Positions 1-10,755 of a stretch of 64,000 bases of DNA are shown here, piece by piece. Made by a program: the position numbers and the translations under genes. The DNA is from Lepidodermella squamata (taxonomy: Eukaryota > Animalia > Gastrotricha): assembly GCA_047495785.1 (NCBI GenBank), contig JBLDXI010000042.1, positions 1,798,001 to 1,862,000 of the forward strand, given 5' to 3'. Under the pieces are notes generated by a model, which made no database searches, was not told where the DNA came from, and saw only the letters and a list, made by a program, of their open reading frames with translations. Every line of letters starts with the position of its first letter. The stretch's first letter is position 1.

Positions 1-956
1 GTCGTAAATAATAGGGCTGCCGCTGAAATAGCCCATAAGAGCACAAGCATTTGGACCAGCATTTGGTCGACCGGAGAGCCAAGGCGGGTAGTTGGCATAC
101 GGCGCACCATCGGACCACACCCATTGCCCAGAGTCATTCGACAAGCCAATGTAGCCGTCCGTGTTTGAAGAGGCCGCCAGAGCATCCATAGCTTCCGCCT
201 GTGTCTTGATTGTCGCCAACAGCCCGCCAATGCCCGCGCAAGTTGCGATTGCCTGGTCGCGAGTCATTTTGGTTGAGTAGAATTTGAATGTTTTTACGGC
301 GTTCTGGCAAGCCGACATGCTGGTGAAGGACGTCGATGGGTATGGCTTCTCAGTGGCCTGGCAAGCTGTCTCTCGGCATATCACCGCGCCATTTGGTGCA
401 AGGCACCGAAAGACCACCTAATAATAAAATAAATAAATTTCACGTAAAATTTGAAAAATAAAATTTGTACACATTCGAAAAAATCAAAAGAAAAGCTGAT
501 CATTTTATTATGCTCCTTAATGATCCGAATTTTTGTTTAATTTTCAATTTAATATTTATGGCAAATCTTTTTTTGAATTCGTGAAATTAGGGTTCAAACC
601 GCTTGTTATTACCTGAGTCTTCGTAGTCGTTGCCGGCGTTGTAGTCGTTGGATTCGGCGGCTGATAGTAGATCCACCAGGGTAGCGGAGGAGGAGCAACC
701 ACGTCGCTGCCGTCATCAATTGCATAGTAGAAATAAGGCGAACCCTCGAGTCGATTCACATTCGAGTTGGTGTTAGCATCGTCGCCGAGGGCGATACGCC
801 GCCATGCTCTGTGCTTGGGCTGCCGCCTGGCAGTAGCAAGTTCCGCTTCAGAAAAAGCGATGCCTAAGCCAGAAGAAAATAATTACTTTTTGACGAAACA
901 TTAATGAAGAAAGAACAACCTATGAAGGCGAGGCTTATGGAAATTATCAACTGCAT
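1..956 (-). CDS. C-type lectin family A gene (A1), 3' end beyond window
   Basis: Exons 956-920 (MQLIISISLAFI signal peptide), 863-613 (ARRQPKHRAWRRIALGDDANTNSNVNRLEGSPYFYY...WWIYY, Thr stalk) and 417-<1 (4-Cys module + CTLD with YIGLSN, WVWSDG, WLSGRPN). GT-AG introns match the paralogs. Confidence 0.9.
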
Positions 957-2047
957 TGCTTATTGTTTTTTAAAATTGAAAATAATGAATTTGAAATTGA
1001 CTTCTCTCATATCGATTTCGCGTGCCTTGAAATAATTAGCATCCCATTGATTTATAGGGCGTTGGGAATTTTGCTTTATGATCTGACAGCCTCGAAATTA
1101 GCGATCAATCGAGCAATAATAAACTCAGCCCCAGGATTGGATTGTCGGCAAAACTTCATGAGAAAATACGACCGAAAATTATTTTTGAGGAATTTTGTTA
1201 TGGAGTATGGATACGATCGACCACACTCTTGGATCAAGCTGCTAACGCAAACCAGAAAATCAATAATTTATGATCAAATCAGCAAAAAATTGTTATTTGA
1301 AATTATTACCAAGCCCTTTTGCCCACATGGGGACTACTCCAAAACAAATGAGACTAAAATAAATGATACCATAACAGCCAAACTTTTCGATTGTTGCGCA
1401 ACGAGAACAATCGGATTTTTTTGGCTGTTTTGGTCTCTTTCGTTTTGTCTTGGCTGTTTTGGAGTAGTCCCGCCCACATGACCATCTGGATGGTAATCGG
1501 GACCAGTTTTCACATGCTTGAAAGTTCATTTTCCCAATTTTGAACACAACTTCAGAATCCTCAGCTCAATTCCTATCTCAGCAATGTGAAAAAAGTTTCG
1601 AAGTTTCGAACTTCTAATATTAAAAATGGCAGAAAAGAAAACGTTGAGCGTGGAAAGTGGAAAGCTTTCCTAGTCGGGTTTAGTTTCAGAACCAAGCCTT
1701 CAAGAACACTCTATGATTCGGGAACCTTCCAGATTATTGCATACACATTTATGAAGACCTTTTTGTTTTCTGTTAGCTACAGATCGTATTATTGTATAAA
1801 AGTTACAAGCTCTTGCCCCTGCTTTTGTTCTCGGTCCTTACATTAAGGTCGAAATATGAGACAAATCCTCGCAGTTCAAATTGAAAAAACAGGTTGAATT
1901 CGTCAAAGGGGAGCCAATACTTAATAAAATCCCACAGATCAATGGTCGAAGGTCGAAAAGGCGCATTGTAACATCTTGAAGTTGCCGTAATTCTTGACTT
2001 AATTTCGAGCGCAGAAGTTCTACTCGTCCTAGATAGGCGTTTTCCAG

Positions 2048-2572
2048 TCAACCTGTGACATGGACCTTCGAAAGTTCCCATTCGATAGATCGCGTTTGGC
2101 AAGATCGAGTTTTGCATTCATCGCTCTGCCAAGCTTACAACATTCTCTGAGCTGAAAATCATAGCACCCGATGTATCGTCTCCTATTGCCCAGTGGGCGA
2201 TTCTGCCTGAGGAAACGAAGTCTGAAATCAAATTGCTTTCTGCTCCGAAGATTGGCAGCAGAGTCAGTTTTGCTGTTTTTCCCTTACTTTTCGAAGACGA
2301 CCCAGCTACTATCTTTTGAACATCATTGGCCCATGTTTGGTTCTCACATTCTTGGAACCTACTCGCTCTAAATGTTGCCCAGAATCAGGTCCTACAAGAT
2401 GTCCCTAAAACTCTACAACCTATTTCTGGGCTATTTTGCGACTGCAATGGCGAAATCCGAAATCGATTAAGAAGATGCTGACTTCGGCTGCCTTCGCATT
2501 TCAGTCTTGGGTTTGCTGAATGCACTCGGTTTTGCTATGGCAGTGACCATCTTCTTCGGAATCAACCTGTAG
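2048..2572 (+). pseudogene. Decayed Cys-loop ligand-gated ion channel (nAChR-like) remnant
   Basis: After a tttccag acceptor it reads STCDMDLRKFPFDRSR, then out-of-frame (C)KIEF (Cys-loop signature). About 2283-2350 reads LTFRRRPSYYLLNIIGPCLVLTFL (pre-M1/M1), followed by LP..SG..KMSL-like and M4-like hydrophobic segments broken by frameshifts and stops. Confidence 0.7.
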
Positions 2573-3094
2573 CAATGTATATCCTTAAATACGAATGAAA
2601 CCGATTCGTTATGAATACTTTTATCCATAATTAGCATATCTTCTTATTTGATGATATCAGTGATGACGGGCTGGCTATATTGCTCGGCTCTGAAAATTAG
2701 GTCAGAGTCTCGATCTATTTGATTTCGTATTCTATCTTCTATCTTATTCTATTGTTTACCTCAGATTGATGAGACGCAACCTATATATAAATTTCCAATT
2801 TTCTAATATTTTTCTAGCTTCATAATTTTTCATAATTCAGACGAGCTGGCTTTTTCCTAGCTCTGAATTAAATTAATTAATTCTTGGCGTTGACAAATTA
2901 AACGCTAATCAAAATCAACGAATCCTTTTCAAAAAAATTGGCTCAAATATTGATTTATTATTTATTGCTTTGGAGCTGTCAAACAGCAAACCATCTACTC
3001 CGAAAACTTAATTGGAAGGCTAATGATCACATGATGCGAGCGAATCTTTTAGAAAAATCAGTTCAATGATTGTTTATAAAATATTACCAAAACC

Positions 3095-3922
3095 ATGAAA
3101 TTTATCATAAGCCTCACAATCATCGCGGGTTTGTCTTCATAATTATGTTTCATCGAATAATTTTGTTTGCTACCAATCTCTCAGGCATTTCCTTTCTTGA
3201 AGCGGTTTCTGCTACAAGGCAACAGCCGAAACACAGAGCATGGCGACGTATCGCCCTCAATGACGATGCGAACACCAACTCGAACGTGAACAAAATCGAA
3301 GGCTCGCCGTATTTTTACTACGCAGGCAATGACGGGGCGCCAGTGCTGCCCTGGTGGATTTTCTATCACCATAAAGCAACAACGATCGCACCGGTAATAG
3401 TAATAAAAATCCCAATTGCACAAGTCACGAACCATTTTTTTGCAATGCTCGTCAGGATTTTTTCCGATGTCTCGCACCGAATGGCCAAGTTATATGCCGC
3501 CCAACGGCTTGCCAAGCCAGTGAGAAGCCACACCAAGCAACAACCTTCACCAGCATGACGGCATGCCAGAACGCCGTAAAACGTTGAGTTACTTCGCAAT
3601 CACTTCTGATATCGCACTTGCAATCTCAACTTGCGCGAGCATCAGCGGACTCGTGGCGACAATCAAGACACCGGCGGAAGCTGCAACTGCCCTGGGCCTT
3701 TCTGGTGGCTCATTCGCTTACGTTGGATTGTCGAATCAGGCCGGGCCGTGGATATGGTTCGATGGCACGGCGTATGCCAATTACCCGCCTTGGCGCTTCG
3801 ATCAACCTGATAACGGCGCGAATGCTTGCGGCGCTCTAAGCAACGTGGCTGTCAATCCTGTTCTCCTGGATTTTCCGTGTACCAACAATTTGTTTGGCTT
3901 TTTCTGTGAAACTTTCGCGTAA
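3095..3922 (+). pseudogene. C-type lectin family A gene (A2) with a 1-bp frameshift (pseudogene or sequencing error)
   Basis: Exons ~3095-3128, 3185-3393 and 3456-3922. The A-run at 3578-3581 is one base short relative to paralogs (gcc gta aaa aca), shifting the frame before the CTLD (YVGLSN, WIWFDG, QPD, FFCETFA). Confidence 0.8.
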
Positions 3923-4388
3923 TTAGTAATGAACTGGCATTAAATCATGCTATAATTTCTCAGCTATTCTCAGCTTCCTTACATTATGATTGAGTTTTCG
4001 CTCGTTTACAAAGAATTCGAAATAAATAAAAAGTTCAGATTCTGAAAAGCTGACGTTTTAGGGGATTTCCCAAATTAGCCAGCCAAGTGAATTTTATAAA
4101 ATAATGGGCAAAGGCAGAGGTCGAAAGGATTTCTTAGATCATTCAATGTTTGTATCCGCAATCCCAGGCGATTTTACCTTGATTCATGGCTAATTTTCTC
4201 CCGCCCGGAAACCCTATGTCTATAATTCAGATAATTAACAAACTAATGCGGGTCGCCGAGACTTGATTAATGTGTTTTGCCAAATTAAATAGAATTGACG
4301 CGACATCACGAGATCAAGGCGCGTGCGAATAGTCCGATCAAATCGAATTTGTTTGCCAATTTCGAAAAAATTTCAAATGTTTAGATCC

Positions 4389-5346
4389 ATGAACTTCTCG
4401 ATTTTTCTAGCCGTCGTTCTATTTGGTATAAGCAATTTCAAACATGCTTTGTCCTAAAATTCTTCGTTCTTTGTTGACAGCCATAGCTTTTACTGAAGCT
4501 GGAATTACAGCTGCTAGGCGGGATCGCAAATACAAAAGATGGCGCCATATTTCGCTCGACGGCAATTCGAATGCCAACTCGAATGTGAACAACGTCGATG
4601 CTAAGCTGTACATCTATGACAGTGAAGAAGCGCCATCGCCCTTTCTATGGTGGTTCTACTACCATCGAAAAGTTTCGACTACAACACCAGAGCCGCGGAC
4701 GGAAACCTCAACATCAACAACAACAACAACAACAACAACAACAACTACTACTACTTCTACTACTACAACGACCACGACCAATGACAACAATGCTACGACA
4801 CCTGATCCCGTGAGTTGATTTCCGGCCTTCGAGATTAGAAATCGATTATAATAAATTTGCATCCCATTTTTTCTTCATCAGGCCGTGTTTTCTCGGTGTC
4901 TCGGCCCAGATGGCTTTGTAATGTGCCGATCGACAGCTTGCGACAGTAATGAGAAGAAATACCCATCGACAACGTATGCCAGCCTTTCAGCCTGCCAGAA
5001 CGCTGTCAAAACGATAACATTCTACCCTATCGGCGGGCTGCTCCCAGACGCCGTCACGTATTGCACGAACCTCGGCGGACTGCTGGCGACTATCAAGACC
5101 CAAGCTGAACTTGATCTGGCTATGACACTTAAAGGCGACGTTACGCTGGCTCATATTGGCCTGTCGAATGTGTCCGGGCAGTGGACATGGTCTGATGGTA
5201 CGCCGTATGCTAACATGCCGCCCTGGGGCCCCAACCAGCCAGATGCTGGGCCCAATTCTTGTGCCGTTCTCTACGATGGAGCAGTTGTCTATGACGGTGG
5301 CTGTGGCGCTGGGGCACCTGGATTTCTATGCGAAACATATGCTTGA
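4389..5346 (+). CDS. C-type lectin family A gene (A3, most divergent copy)
   Basis: Exons 4389-4425 (MNFSIFLAVVLF), 4481-4809 (pro-segment, long poly-Thr) and 4882-5346 (4-Cys module + CTLD with HIGLSN, WTWSDG, QPD, FLCETYA). Confidence 0.9.
4715..4779 (+). repeat. (ACA/ACT/ACC)n coding microsatellite, poly-Thr mucin-like stalk
   Basis: Trinucleotide run inside exon 2 of A3. Confidence 0.85.
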
Positions 5347-5539
5347 TTTCACCGAAAAATTAAAAACCTTTTTCGTTGTACTCTGTAAACTCTGTGAAAT
5401 CACCTTATTATTTATAAATTCCCAATTTTTGAGTATATTTTGGACCCTGAATAGACATCGAATAAAGTAATGAGAGAGCTTCTTTTCGATGTTTATGAAC
5501 AAGTGATCAATTGTGAAGGAGATCAACAGTGCGGCTATG

Positions 5540-5694
5540 CAGTGCTCCGAGAACGGGAGGTTAGGGGGGCAAAAGAACCCCCCTGGCGTTCGAAAATTTC
5601 TGAAAAACGTAAGGGTCCCCCCTGTTGATTTGCAAATTTTGGGCTCAAAATGCTCGATTTACCCCCTTCAGAGCTGGACCTAGTCGGATCACTG
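5540..5694. mobile_element. hAT-type MITE (family 1)
   Basis: TIRs CAGTGCTCCGA / TCGGATCACTG. 8-bp TSD cggctatg / ccgctatg (7/8). Homologous copy at 13688-13829. Confidence 0.85.
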
Positions 5695-6318
5695 CCGCTA
5701 TGCAGCTTGAATCCCTTCAAAGCTGTGTTCCGATTTTTGTCCACTTGCTTTCCTCGCATTCTGTTTCGTTTAGTTATTTTTGTTTTCCTTTTTTATCAAT
5801 ATCATAGACCTTACTCATTAGAACAACATCGAAGACTTTAGACTTATAGGGAATTATATCGGTGATTTTTTAATCGCGCATTAATTAGTTTCTCGAACTT
5901 CGAACCAATGGGCAGCAGCTTAACGAAAAAATCACAATTTATTCCAAATTTGCGTACACTTTTTCGCAATTTCTTCCCAGTGGCAGACACTTTCAAGTCA
6001 CGAAAAAAAATCGGAGGACTGCTTCAAAGATGAAGACAATTTTTGCTGAGAAGGAGCCATCAGAATTTCGTACTTCCCCTGATATTTCATTAATATTTCC
6101 CCACCCTAATGTTTCGCCTTAAATTGAAAGCAGGACGGGACAACCCAACCCAATGTAACAGATGTTACTCAGTTACGGAGCTGGGTCTTACTTTGCTAAC
6201 TCACACATTTCTGCAATTTGAGTGTTTACACAAGTTGATGCTGAGCTACCTTCATTTTTAATTACACGTTTCAAAAAGGCCCAAGCTCCAACATTTCACT
6301 TTTCGATTCTCCGTGAAA

Positions 6319-9300
6319 ATGAAAAGACTAATACTAATTCTAATCGTAGTCAACTTTCAGAGCGCCTTGCTTAGTAGCAAAATAGGCGATTCGTCAACAA
6401 GCGGCAACAAGCTGGCCGAGTTCGACTCATGGATAAGATACGACAAGGTGGACGTCTTGCGAAGCAAATTTCCTGATCCGACAAAATTGGCAACGGTGAA
6501 GAATGAAACTGGCGATACATTGCTGCATTTAGCAGCTCATTACGGCAAAATCAAAGTCGCGCAATTTCTCGTCGATAAAGCTGGAGCTGAACTTACGGCT
6601 CGCAACAAAAATGGCGAACTTCCGATTCACCTGGCTTGTCTAGCTGGAAAATTGAGCTTCCTAAAATGGCTTGTCGATAAAAGTCAAGAACTGGAGCTGC
6701 CGAGGCGTTTGACGGTCGATGCTGATACAACACAGGGCCAAACCCCGCTTTTCTACGCTGTTAGGTCGAAATCCATCGATGCAGTTGCTGTTGTGAAATT
6801 CTTGCTGGAAAGAAATGCGACTAGGCTTCATCAGGACAAAACTGGACAGTTGGCTTTCGGGCTGGCGACTGAGCTGAACAAAACAGCAATCGGCGAGTTA
6901 CTCAGCGACAATTCATCTTACAGTAGAACTATCAAAAATGGAACACGAACAACTTGGCACATCATGGCAGCCCAAAATAAAGTCGACTACTTGGATCGCA
7001 ATTTTGTTCGCTCTAAATTTGACGTATCAGCGCCAGACGAATTCGGCGATACTCCTTTGTGCTATGCGACTCGGAATGGCCATTACGATTTTGTGGCGAA
7101 ATCGATGGAAAAATTTCCAAGTTTGACCAATGGTTCGCTTGCGTCGATCAAGTGCCGCTTAATTATCGAGAATGGGAACACAGGCGTGAAGTCGAAAGGA
7201 TCCGGCTCTCTTTTGTTCCTCGCGGCATTCATGCGTAAGGATAACCTGGTCAAGCTGTATCTAGAAGCGAAACTTGATCTTAAGGCGACTAACGAGGTAA
7301 GCAATTAATTATCAAAGCTCAGTGTTAATTTATCGAAAAGTTTTCCAAACCCAAATCTCACAATTTTCGAGAATGTTAATTTACTGTCCTTCCAATCAAC
7401 AAACCTCCTTAGAAGGTTCTTTTCTATCTCGAAAAAAGGTGAAGTGGGGGTAAACATATTTCCTATTTTTTCAAAATCAGAATGTCATCCATGCTATGGC
7501 TAAGCTTTCGGACGAAGAAGCTCAGTTGATCGAAGCAAAAAATTCAATCAGCTCACATCTCGTCTCAACCTTCACCGCAATCTCCCCCAACCTTCTCGAA
7601 GATCGCGATGAAACAGGCAGAACTCCGTATCTCGTCGCTGTTGCTAACGACGCTGAGCGATTCGCCGATGTTCTTAGCAACCAATTCAAAGCGAATACTC
7701 TAGCTACGGATAATCAAGGCTACACAGCTCTTCATCTCACAAGCAACAAAGCCGGTTTCAAGAAGCATTCGCCCGATTTCCTAGATCCTTTCAATCTGAA
7801 AGCTGACCCTAGCCAAATGACAACGCTTTTGGTAGCAGTTGATGAGCGAAAATCGATCGAGTTCATTGAGTTTTTGATCCAAGGAGGGGCGGACCTACAG
7901 GCAAGGAATAACTACAGCCAATCAGTCGCTCATTTAGCTGTGAAATCGAATTTTACCGAATTCCTAGAGCTTTATACCTCGAAGTTTGATCTATCGGCAT
8001 GCGACTCATTTTCATACACTCCGATGTTACTGGCAATCGGGGCTGGCAATCACAACCTTGCGACATTCATGTTGAATACCAGCGAAACGCTTTGGAATAA
8101 GCCAGTCGATTGCCAAACTAACGATAAAGTGGCCCATTCAGCTATGCGCTTCAAACAAATCGAAGTGGTGAAGTACGTGATGCCGAAACTCGAAAAACTC
8201 GAGCAATTGAACGCTGCGAATAAACTCGGCGAAACTCCACTTTCAATCGCTATTGAGGCAGACTTCCCAGCTGGTGCGAAGGCGATTGTTGACCGTAATC
8301 AAACTGCTGGGCTTGGGGTTGATTCGAATGGCTGGCCACTCTTGCATCGAGCCGTTCGCTGCAGCTCGGCTAGTATCGAAATTATCGATTTGCTACTCTC
8401 GCCGTTACCAAAGGACGAATTAACCCTGGTTCTCAAGCAGAAGAACATCCTCGGCCGGACTTTGTTATGGCTGGCAGTTGAGCAGGAATGCGCCAGACTT
8501 GTCGAGTTATTGATGGGCAAATTTAAGGCTGGTTGTGAGGTGAATAGCAACGGTAAGATGCCGCAAGACTGGGCGGAAGCTGCTGGGTTTCAAAACGTTG
8601 TCTCTGTTCTGAATGGCTACGACAGCTGTAAGAGGCAATCGCCGCAATCTTGCGCTTTGAGTTCAGGCATTTCGCCTGAATCGGCCAGGCTAAAAGGTTT
8701 GAGATTCTTGTTTCCAATTTGAACCTATATAACGTTAATTTTTCAGCTCTATCGGCTCGACCGAACGCGATTAAGAACGGTGTTATAACTTATCAAGAAA
8801 ACGATGCTTGTGGCGATGCTTCCGGGTCTATCGAGTGCACCGAAGGCTACTCGCTCATTGGTTCAGCTTCAGTTACTTACTCAGTTGGGGAAAACGCATG
8901 GAAAACTGCTGGCTACTGCGCGAAAAGTTTGCCATTTCCTCCAATTTTAATTAGAATCCGAAATGTTTTTCAGCTTGCGATGAAGGCATTTCTTCTATCA
9001 GCCAGGCCGAGATTAGCGAGGTGGAAACCCCAGCTGTCGTTGGTAGTTCCGTTACGTTCAAATGCATGGATACTTTCACGCTCAAAGGCTCGAACGTGAT
9101 TAGGTGCTTGGAAAATGGCACTTGGTCTGTTATGGGTAGCTGCGTTGATTCTGGTTAGTTTATCAAACTTCTGTCAATTCCATTCTCACTTGAAATTTCT
9201 TCATATTTTCAGAGACCAGCTTATACTGCGACGGCTCTCCTACAATTTCGAATGGAGTTTTACTGAATTTCAATCCATCGGAAACGTATTCTATCGGATC

Positions 9301-10563
9301 TGTGATTGCTGTTTCATGCTTGGATGGCTTCGCATTGCAAGGACTCGAATTTGTCTATTGCCTAGCTAACAACTCCTGGTCGCAACCCGGCAACTGTATT
9401 GCGCATGGTATGTTATTCTAGAGGAAAATTCACAACTTCAAAGAGGTTTCAATTATTATTCTCAATTTCCAGAAAACGCAATCCTAAAATTTAAATTTAA
9501 ATTTAAAAAAATTGAAACAATTCAAATTATTAATTATGTTTCCAGAAAAATCAGTAATTTCTTGAAATGGGAAACTTGATTTCGATTTCTCTAGTGTGGG
9601 AATCAGGATTCTAGAAGGTACTTCCATGTAATTTCGGACCAAGGGACCCCTCTGTGATTCTTTCGGGTTTTCTTGCCGGGACCTTCGGTTCCCCCTTACC
9701 TCCTTGTACTTTGAATTTTGCTTTACATTTCCCGTATTTCGCTCACACGGGCAAATTACCTATGCAATTGTTGTACTTGGATAAGGTTCCTGCGTGGTCC
9801 CTTCAATCGAAAACGGCTCTGTCATTGATGAACTGGCGTCGAAACCTTACGAACCACTCGCACTACTCGCACCCGGCTCCATCATCGTTATTCACTGCAA
9901 TAAGACCTTCGAAGTCGTTAATGGTTCCATGGTTTCAACTTGCTCATTCGAGTCAAAATGGAAACCTGAGCCTGGTTCGTGTCGCTTCAAGGTAAAAAAA
10001 TGGTTCACAAATAAAAATGGACTAGTCTATCTTCATTTTTCCAGGATGCAACCGCCGACCAATTCTTGCTTATCGAAGCTGTAAAATCTGGTAACTTGAG
10101 CGCTGCTAAGAAATTGGTGGAGCAAGGAGCTGTGAATGTTAACTGGCGTGATGAGAGGTCCCAGGGTGATTGGCCTGTCAAAAATGGAACTGCACTTCAC
10201 ATCGCCCTAGCTTTCAAAGCCCCTCTGGACCTCATTCGTTTGCTCGTCGAAGAAGGCCGTGCTGATGTGAATCTTAAGGAGGACACGTACGGTTCACGGC
10301 CGCTTGAAATCGCAGTTTCGGAATGTAGCGGCGAAGTTGTGGAGCTTTTGCTGAGAAATGGCGCTGCTATCGATGCGAGAAATGGCCGTGAGGGCTACAC
10401 GGCTCTCATGGCTGCGGCTATCAAGGGCAGGCTTGATAACGTTCAGATTCTGGTTCAATACGGCGCTAGTGCGAAACTTAAGTCGAAGAAGGGAACAACT
10501 GCTCTTGACGAGGCCATCTCAGCCAACCGTGACCAAGTCGTTCGATTCTTACGTGCTTTGTGA
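6319..10563 (+). CDS. Secreted ankyrin-repeat / sushi (CCP x4) / ankyrin mosaic protein (short paralog)
   Basis: Signal peptide MKRLILILIVVNFQSALLS. Ankyrin repeats ([42 protein letters not shown]) in exons 6319-7296 and 7481-~8696. Four CCP-like exons ~8747-9991 (C..GYSLIG..W..GYC; CMDTFTLKG..CLENGTWS; CLDGFALQG..CLANNSWS; CVVPSIENG..WKPEPGSC). Terminal ankyrin exon 10045-10563. No TM segment seen. Confidence 0.88.
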
Positions 10564-10755
10564 ATTAAACAGTACTTGCATCATTCAACGCTTTATTCTA
10601 CTCGTAAGCGTTTCTGTTCAAGTTGATTTGAGAATAAAGAACAATTTGTCAATACTTAGTTGTTCTCTAGTTTTGGCTTGTTGGAGACCAGGCAGGTCCC
10701 CACATTTTTTGAGTCAGAGTAGCGTTGGAGATGTAAGGGACAAGGTCAACTAAAT

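Noticed and set aside
963-1481. 172-aa ORF
   Set aside because: Non-ATG start, overlaps the conserved upstream block of lectin A1 on the opposite strand, and has no recognisable domain.
6319-10563. Bacterial endosymbiont origin or contamination for the ankyrin genes
   Set aside because: Spliceosomal introns shared between paralogs and fusion to metazoan CCP/LDLa domains show these are host genes. An ancient origin of the ankyrin block cannot be judged without a phylogeny.
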